Part shown: positions 58,222 through 64,000 of the stretch, piece by piece
How positions within the stretch are numbered: the first letter of the stretch is position 1
Layout: every line of letters begins with the position of its first letter
Source: Coriobacteriales bacterium
GTDB taxonomy: Bacteria > Actinomycetota > Coriobacteriia > Coriobacteriales > UBA8131
Assembly: GCA_031264075.1 (NCBI GenBank)
Contig: JAISEO010000092.1
Coordinates: forward strand, 15,083-79,082
Length of the DNA stretch: 64,000 nucleotides
Reading direction: 5' to 3'
The notes under the pieces: generated by a model
Databases searched by the model: none
Seen by the model: the letters and a program-made list of their open reading frames with translations, nothing else
What the model was told of the DNA's origin: nothing
Position numbers and translations under genes: made by a program

Positions 58222-58875
58222 ATGGTAACCAGAGTGATACAACCGAAGGGCTGTTCCCCTGTGTGCGTAGGTACAGCAGAAAAACTCTCCACGGTGCACG
58301 CAGGGATACAGCCAAAGCCGGGTAGAGGAGCGCAGCACGAGAGGAAGACAACGAGGGCGAAGGCAGACTTGCCTATCTGGTCGCAGCAGACAGGTGGCCA
58401 GACGACTGTTGAGGCGGCCTATCTCATACCGGTGTTACTGCTGCTCCTGTTGCTGCTGATTCAGCCGATGATCCTGCTCTACAACCGCATGGTCATGGAG
58501 AATGCGGCTGCCGAGGGCTGTCGGTTGTTGGCAACGGCCACCTCGCAGGGTTCCTACAGTCAGATGAAGTATGAGGAGTATATCAAGCGCCGCCTTGCTG
58601 CCATCCCTCCTGTTGACCTCTTCCATCTCCACACGGGAGACCGCACGTGGGAGATTGCCCTGGAGGGCGATGAGAGCACCACTGAGGTGAGCGTGCATAT
58701 CACAAACCGTCTGAGGCCGCTGCCGCTTCTGGGCTGGGGCGCAGAGCTGTTGCGCATGACTGACGCGCAGCACAATATCGTCCAGGAAGTCAGGGTGACC
58801 ATGCCCACACAGCCGGATTGGGTAGCGCGCTCCGGCGGAAACGATCCGGAAGGATGGGTGTACGCGTATGACTGA
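58222..58875 (+). CDS. TadE-like pseudopilin
   Basis: ..GGQTTVEAAYLIPVLLLLLLLLIQP.. is the TadE-like N-terminal domain. The start is uncertain. Confidence 0.65.
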   Translation: MVTRVIQPKGCSPVCVGTAEKLSTVHAGIQPKPGRGAQHERKTTRAKADLPIWSQQTGGQTTVEAAYLIPVLLLLLLLLIQPMILLYNRMVMENAAAEGCRLLATATSQGSYSQMKYEEYIKRRLAAIPPVDLFHLHTGDRTWEIALEGDESTTEVSVHITNRLRPLPLLGWGAELLRMTDAQHNIVQEVRVTMPTQPDWVARSGGNDPEGWVYAYD

Positions 58876-61087
58876 GAACCAAGCTAGAGGGAGCGCCGAG
58901 CAGCAGAGCGTTGAACAACAGGTCGCGCCCCCAGCACAGAGCCTCTTCATGGCCTCAGACGGCGGTTTTACCACCGTTGGGGTCGCGGTTGCCCTGTTGC
59001 TGGTGATGGCCCTGCTCTTTTCTGCTGCCCAGGTGCGCTGGGTGCAGAGTCACAGTGCCGACATACAGTACGTGGCAGACGCGGGTGCCCTGGCAGGTGG
59101 CAACGTGGTGGGGGAGTATATGGTAGTGGCACGGGTGGCCGATGCCGTGGTGCTCTCCCTGAGCCTGCTCGGCATGGTGGTCTACGGGGTGGCCATCGTA
59201 GTCAGTTGCATCCCGCTTATGCAGAGCGTGGGGGCGGAACTGATGCAATTTGGCAGCAAGGTCTTCAAGGCGCGCGACAGCTGTGCCAAAAATGCCGCGC
59301 AGGCGCTTAACGCATTGCAGGCTGCCCTGCCCTTCCTCATAGCCGTCAATGCCGCCGCTACCATCGAGGCAAACTCAGACATCAGTGCCTCTACCGCCTC
59401 CTATCACGGCCTGGCGATACCGCTGCCCTTGCAGGGCGAGGATGTCCGGTTTCCCGATGATGACGCCGCCGAGCAGAGTGGAGACGCGTTGTCGGAGCAG
59501 AATGAACAGACTGCTGAGCTTACCGATGCTGCTGAGGACGCCCGCAAAACGATGGAATCTTCCAAGCAGAGGGCATATGAGGCAGATTGCGTCAATAATC
59601 CCCGCTGTATGTACGAACGTGCCGGCACACTCGCCTCGATGAGCGGGAGCAGCAACCCACGCTTCTCCTCGGCTGATACCTGGCGCTTTGACGACGCGTT
59701 TGCGCGGGCAAAGACCTACTATGCCAGGCGCCTGGCTCTGGAGAAGCCGGAAAGCCAGGCCGTCGATAAGCTGATACAGTCGTTTTGCCGCGAGCGGCTC
59801 TATCGTTTTGCCATCGATGAGATGAACAGGGGCTGGTGCACTACCTCAGCGGATGGGGTGCTGGACGCGTACTTTCCACTCCTTCCCAAAAACACCGCCG
59901 AGATGCGGCAGACCACCCTCTATACCGAGCGGGTGTATCCCGTCAGCGCCGATGGCGTGCTGCACGGCACCACCGCCTGTCCGGCCTATCAGTCTGCCGG
60001 AGCGGCTGGAACCGGGTCAGTGGCCGAGTTGGAGTCGGGGCGGTATCGTACGTGCGCAAGCTGTGGGTTTACCGTCGCATCGCTCGGCAATGTCGCCAGC
60101 GCTACCACCAATATAAATACGGGCTTTGAGTACTACTACCGCATAGTGGCCGAGGAAGCAAAGCGCTACCAGAAGGCCAGTGAGGACTATACGCGTGAGA
60201 CGCAGGAGGCAAAGGACTCGGCGAGCGAGAGTCTTGACATCTTTGAAGAGGCCCTGAAGGCCCTCAAGACTCCGCGCCTCAACCCCAGGCCGCCGGGGCA
60301 CAACGGCGTTATCGCCCTGGTCATCGACCTGGAGTCCCTCGCTATCCCGATGGGTCTCACCAACTCCGCGGTGGACAGCACAGCTCAGCTCCAGCCCCGG
60401 ATGGCCCTCTCCGCCGTGGCGCTTGCTGAGGAGCACGCGGGCCATGGTGCCAATATACTGGCGTCGTTCCTCGACAGGATAAAGGCCGAGCAGGATCAAT
60501 CGTCTCTGGCGCTGGGCGCGCTGGGTGCTTTTGATGGCATTCTCGAGGTATGGGGCTCGGCGCTTCTGGTGTACAGCCAGGGAGGTGATGCCATAAGCGA
60601 TGGCCTCGGTGCCTTCCTTGATGCCATTCCGCTGGTCAAGTCCACGCCGCTTTCGCGTTGGGCGAGAGACGCACTCGCGGAGACGGTGGAAGCCGTGGGC
60701 CTGCAGGGTGCTGAGCTGGATACGCCCCGGCCTCTCGTCGTCAACAGCATACACGTGCTCAGGGCGAGCGATGCCGCACCGGCTCGCGCCCTGCTTGCTG
60801 CCAAGGAGACCTATACCTCGTCGCGGGGCTCGGGCAGCGGTACCCTCGACACAGCGCTGGTAGAAGGCCTGGCTGGTGCGCTGGCAGATCAGGTTCCGGA
60901 GCTTCTTCAGGGTGAACTGACGCTGTACGAGATTTCCTTTGGTGATGACCTCGGCCTGCCACGCATTCCCCTTACCCTGCGCCTGCCGGACGGTCTGGTT
61001 GCACGAGGCCAGGCCCTGGTAGACGGCGTTGAAAGCAGTATCAGCTCGGGCCTGCAAGGAGGCGGCAATGGCACACTGTGGGAGTGA
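58868..61087 (+). CDS. TadG-like large pilus assembly protein
   Basis: ..GGFTTVGVAVALLLVMALLFSAAQV.. ..YVADAGALAG.. matches the Tad_N/TadG-related N-terminus. 739 aa. Confidence 0.6.
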   Translation: MTENQARGSAEQQSVEQQVAPPAQSLFMASDGGFTTVGVAVALLLVMALLFSAAQVRWVQSHSADIQYVADAGALAGGNVVGEYMVVARVADAVVLSLSLLGMVVYGVAIVVSCIPLMQSVGAELMQFGSKVFKARDSCAKNAAQALNALQAALPFLIAVNAAATIEANSDISASTASYHGLAIPLPLQGEDVRFPDDDAAEQSGDALSEQNEQTAELTDAAEDARKTMESSKQRAYEADCVNNPRCMYERAGTLASMSGSSNPRFSSADTWRFDDAFARAKTYYARRLALEKPESQAVDKLIQSFCRERLYRFAIDEMNRGWCTTSADGVLDAYFPLLPKNTAEMRQTTLYTERVYPVSADGVLHGTTACPAYQSAGAAGTGSVAELESGRYRTCASCGFTVASLGNVASATTNINTGFEYYYRIVAEEAKRYQKASEDYTRETQEAKDSASESLDIFEEALKALKTPRLNPRPPGHNGVIALVIDLESLAIPMGLTNSAVDSTAQLQPRMALSAVALAEEHAGHGANILASFLDRIKAEQDQSSLALGALGAFDGILEVWGSALLVYSQGGDAISDGLGAFLDAIPLVKSTPLSRWARDALAETVEAVGLQGAELDTPRPLVVNSIHVLRASDAAPARALLAAKETYTSSRGSGSGTLDTALVEGLAGALADQVPELLQGELTLYEISFGDDLGLPRIPLTLRLPDGLVARGQALVDGVESSISSGLQGGGNGTLWE

Positions 61088-61613
61088 GACGGTCTGCACG
61101 CGAGGCGCCCCGGCGCTCCGCCCGTTCCCACTGCGGCACCGGGCACAACGCGGGCAGATGACGGTGGAACTCGCGGTTTGTATACCCGTGATTCTGGCTG
61201 TTGTCGGTATAGCGCTCAATGTGTTGGGCTATATGAACGTCTGTGCCCGCTTTGACAGGGTGGCGGCTGATGCAACTCGCAGCCAGGCCAGCTCACCGGG
61301 TTATGGCGAGGAGGGCACGGCACGCGCGGCGGACCGCATCCAGGAGGTCATCGAGACAGCCTTCCAAAGCGGCCTCGGCAAAGGGTTCAACTGCGATATA
61401 GAGGTCACGGCCACAGCGCTCGCCCTGGGCGGTGAGGAGGCCAGCGCGAGCGGCGGGGTGGGCTTTTCTCTGCTCACACGGCTGGAGCGCTACGACTGCA
61501 CGGTAACCTATCACCCCTGGCCCTTCAGCCAGATAGCGGGCCTGCGCTTCTTTGCGCTCACGCACACCCGCAGCTATGTCGTCGATCCCTTTAAGCCGGG
61601 AGTAGTGTTTTGA
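61068..61613 (+). CDS. TadE-like pseudopilin
   Basis: ..RGQMTVELAVCIPVILAVVGIAL... The ATG at 61068 overlaps the upstream gene. An alternative start lies at 61158. Confidence 0.6.
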   Translation: MAHCGSETVCTRGAPALRPFPLRHRAQRGQMTVELAVCIPVILAVVGIALNVLGYMNVCARFDRVAADATRSQASSPGYGEEGTARAADRIQEVIETAFQSGLGKGFNCDIEVTATALALGGEEASASGGVGFSLLTRLERYDCTVTYHPWPFSQIAGLRFFALTHTRSYVVDPFKPGVVF

Positions 61614-62137
61614 GCGCCTGCGCAAAAGAGCGAGCTGCACAGGCGGCAAGGGACGCACGGATTCTACGGACGCGGAAGAAACAGCGGACCGTACTGGAAC
61701 AGCGCAGGGTGAGGGCCGCCAAAGTAAGTCTGCTCGCGGCACTGCTCCTGCTCGCCGTGCTTGCAATAGCTGAGTGTGCGGAAAGTCCCGCGCTGCAAAA
61801 CGGCACGTTCGGTGTTATCGAGGCCCTGGATCGGGGCACGCTCGATTCCAGCGCAACTGAAGACGACCCCCTGCATATCGCGCAGGAAGGCATTGTCTTT
61901 GTCGAGGCCAACGAAGGTGGAAGCATCCTCTGGTATACAAGCAGCTGGAATGCCTCCCAAAGCCGCGTGCTCCTTGAACGGGCGCTCGTACTGAGCGGCT
62001 GGCAGACCCGGAGTACGGAACAGGAAGAGTTGCTGGTTCTCAGCTACGCGCACAGCGCCGTTGCGGGCGGAGGCTCGCTGTACGCGAGTTTCTATGAGAC
62101 CGCAGAAGGCTCTTCGATACTGATAGAACTGTTGTGA
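61610..62137 (+). CDS. membrane-anchored hypothetical protein of the tad locus
   Basis: Basic N-terminus followed by one TM helix. Start overlaps the upstream stop. Confidence 0.4.
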   Translation: MSACAKERAAQAARDARILRTRKKQRTVLEQRRVRAAKVSLLAALLLLAVLAIAECAESPALQNGTFGVIEALDRGTLDSSATEDDPLHIAQEGIVFVEANEGGSILWYTSSWNASQSRVLLERALVLSGWQTRSTEQEELLVLSYAHSAVAGGGSLYASFYETAEGSSILIELL

Positions 62138-62150
62138 GGAAGGAAACACC

Positions 62151-62486
62151 ATGAGACTTATCCTGGCTACCAGCCTCTGGGCGCGCCTGACCGGCCTACT
62201 CATCAAAAGTCGCTGTGCGAACGGTGAGGTGCTGTTGCTTGCGCCGTGCAGGAGTATCCACAGTTTTGGAATGCGGGGTCTGTTGGACCTGGCCTTTCTC
62301 GATGCCGAGGCCAGAGTACTGCTTTCAAAACGCAATCTGCCACCCGCTCGGACCTGTTCGCATCCGAGTGCCGTGGCTGTCATAGAGCGCAGGAGCAACC
62401 CACAATGCCCTTGGCCAGCGGTGGGTGAGACCTTACAGCTACAGGCCAGCACAATAACCCCGGAGCAAAAAGGAGATACGGCATGA
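62151..62486 (+). CDS. DUF192-like protein
   Basis: The size and ..LLLAPCRSIHSFGMRGLLDLAFLDAEARVL.. resemble the DUF192 pattern (moderate). Confidence 0.45.
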   Translation: MRLILATSLWARLTGLLIKSRCANGEVLLLAPCRSIHSFGMRGLLDLAFLDAEARVLLSKRNLPPARTCSHPSAVAVIERRSNPQCPWPAVGETLQLQASTITPEQKGDTA

Positions 62487-62899
62487 AAACCTGTCCCAAC
62501 TGTGCAAGCGTGACCTTTGACGACATGGAGCTCTGCTACGACTGCATGAGCCCCTTCCCACAATCCCCGTCTGCGACCCAGGATAGCCTCAAGCAGGCAG
62601 TCGCTCGATTACAGGTGGCACTGGCAGATTACTTCAGCTACGAGCTTCTGTTGAATAAGCTGGAGGGCTGCTCTTTAAGTGTTGGCTCCGCGGCGGAAAA
62701 TGCCATTGTCATACCCCAGGAGCAGGTGGCAGCACATCAGTTGCAGGTCTTTTATGCTCACGGGCATGTGTGGGCAGAAAACGTCGATGCTACGCTCTCG
62801 GCCACCATCGACGAAATCCCCCTCTGCGGAACCGTGTGCATCAAGCCCGGCACCCAGATCATGGTAGGAGATGCACACATAACCGTGCTGGAGACCTGA
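62483..62899 (+). CDS. zinc-ribbon protein with degenerate FHA-like C-terminal domain
   Basis: MKTCPNCASVTFDDMELCYDC ribbon. The C-terminus ..LSVGSAAENAIVIPQEQVAAHQLQVF..GTQIMVGDAHITV has an FHA-like layout, but the canonical R, S and N residues are not evident. Confidence 0.4.
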   Translation: MKTCPNCASVTFDDMELCYDCMSPFPQSPSATQDSLKQAVARLQVALADYFSYELLLNKLEGCSLSVGSAAENAIVIPQEQVAAHQLQVFYAHGHVWAENVDATLSATIDEIPLCGTVCIKPGTQIMVGDAHITVLET

Positions 62900-63014
62900 T
62901 GCCGTGCGCTGAGCTCTGCGTTTCTGTTCGGGTTATGAGTGGCGCCAGGCAAGGCAGGGCACCCAGCCGCGACAGATGCGATCTACGCAGCATGTGATAG
63001 GGACGCTGTGTGCC

Positions 63015-63044
63015 TTGACCTATATTTAGCAATTGGTTTATAAT
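63015..63044 (+). promoter_or_regulatory. candidate promoter of hicAB
   Basis: TTGACC, 18-bp spacer, TATAAT. An RBS (aaggag) lies before the ATG at 63070. Confidence 0.45.
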
Positions 63045-63069
63045 TAGTTCGCGCGACAAGGAGTTATCC

Positions 63070-63255
63070 ATGGAGCCACCGACAATTCGTGAAGTGACCA
63101 GAAGGCTTGAAAATGAAGGGTTCGTGAAGGTGGGACAAAAAGGTTCTCACTGCCGCTACCAGAAGGGAAACCTCAAGGTAACGGTAGCAGGAAAGCCAAG
63201 CAAGCACCTCAACAGGAGAACCTGGAAGAGCATTCAAAGACAGGCTGGCTGGTGA
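63070..63255 (+). CDS. hicA: HicA toxin
   Basis: 61 aa. ..IREVTRRLENEGFVKVGQKGSHCRYQK.. is the HicA/YcfA pattern. Confidence 0.85.
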   Translation: MEPPTIREVTRRLENEGFVKVGQKGSHCRYQKGNLKVTVAGKPSKHLNRRTWKSIQRQAGW

Positions 63256-63307
63256 TAAAAGGAGCCGGAGGAATTACCTTTCGGTTCCAAACACAGAGGA
63301 GTGAATT

Positions 63308-63772
63308 ATGAACAGAAGGTTTGTCTACGAGGCCGAGTTTATCCCAGATGAGTACGATGGGTATTCTGTTTCGTTTCCACAATTGCCAGATGCCTTTACC
63401 CAGGGTGAGGATCTGATCGAATCGGTTGAGATGGCGGCAGAGGTGCTGGAGCTGATAATTGCCGAGTACCTTGACGAAGGAAAGCGTCTGCCAGCGCCAA
63501 TGTTTTATGGGCATTCAGATAAGGTGCTCCGCATTGCAATTTCTGTCGAGATCACTCCTGAAATCGTGGCGCGCACCAGGTGTGTCTCTGCCACTGAGGC
63601 CGCCCATATGCTCGGGTTGTCAAAGGGGAGGGTTACCCACTTGCTTGACGCAGGCATATTGCAGGCTATCCCCTTTGGCAATGATAGGCTTGTGACGCTT
63701 GCATCCATCAACGAAAGAATCCGCAATCCCAAAACGGCAGGCCGCCCACGCAAAGAGACAGCAGTAGCCTGA
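63308..63772 (+). CDS. hicB: HicB antitoxin with C-terminal DNA-binding domain
   Basis: ..YSVSFPQLPDAFTQGEDLIESVEMAAEVLEL.. is the HicB fold. The C-terminus has an HTH-like segment. Confidence 0.8.
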   Translation: MNRRFVYEAEFIPDEYDGYSVSFPQLPDAFTQGEDLIESVEMAAEVLELIIAEYLDEGKRLPAPMFYGHSDKVLRIAISVEITPEIVARTRCVSATEAAHMLGLSKGRVTHLLDAGILQAIPFGNDRLVTLASINERIRNPKTAGRPRKETAVA

Positions 63773-63891
63773 AAATCCTGCGCCCTTGGCTGGAGTGTAG
63801 CTTAGCGGAGTGGGTTGTAAACACGGGGCCCCCGCAACGCTTGCGCAAGTGAGCGTTGTGGGGAGAAGGAGCAGCCACGGAGCGCGCGCAG

Positions 63892-63960
63892 GGCAGCACT
63901 TACTTTGCCTTGAGTAAAATGACAGTACCCACTCGCCGCTTGGGCAAAGTAAGTGCTGCC
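63892..63960. repeat. inverted repeat GGCAGCACTTACTTTGCC / GGCAAAGTAAGTGCTGCC
   Basis: Second copy of the family seen at 32829-32898. The loops share ttgagta. Confidence 0.85.
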
Positions 63961-64000
63961 CGGAGCTCTAGCGGAGTGGGCTTTTATACGGGGCCCCCAA

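Noticed and set aside
63803-64000. Possible CRISPR array at the window end.
   Set aside because: Only two copies are visible, with a 166-bp period. The interval is itself made of hairpins shared with another locus. No cas genes are nearby.

Overview
High-GC, actinobacterial-type chromosome segment. Gene content suggests a gut Coriobacteriia-like organism, but that is inference only. No rRNA, tRNA or CRISPR array was seen. The window reads as follows. (1) 1-9.7 kb is a nitrogen-assimilation core: gltB, gltD, an ANTAR regulator, glnA, then a MATE exporter. (2) About 9.7-30.2 kb is a visibly lower-GC accessory island. Its left part (9.7-13.2 kb) holds decayed gene fragments, a solitary PemK toxin and a lipase-like gene. 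Its right part is a roughly 16-kb array of genes all on the minus strand. The array is built around a TerY-like vWA protein, a PP2C phosphatase and an atypical Ser/Thr kinase (the TerY-P triad). The kinase is amplified to four paralogs that carry different C-terminal modules. Zinc-ribbon membrane proteins, lipoproteins and a peptidoglycan amidase lie between them, and comEA ends the array. At the head of the array sits a small serine invertase next to two hix-like 34-bp palindromes. These palindromes bracket a promoter-bearing segment, so I read it as a candidate phase-variable switch. (3) 30.2-41 kb holds a CNNM/CorC transporter, TerC, a fused ABC transporter and a run of small cassettes (AAA ATPase, sirtuin, MazEF-like pair, AbrB-PIN pair). 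Each cassette is followed by a GC-rich palindromic repeat. Then comes trxA. (4) 41-47.7 kb holds nikR-hypFCDE, with two copies of that same repeat inserted in frame inside hypF. (5) 47.9-51.3 kb is a large surface protein with 15 tandem 30-aa repeats. (6) 51.8-62.9 kb is a complete Tad/Flp pilus locus, followed by hicAB. The most interesting candidate is the switch-headed, kinase-amplified TerY-P island.
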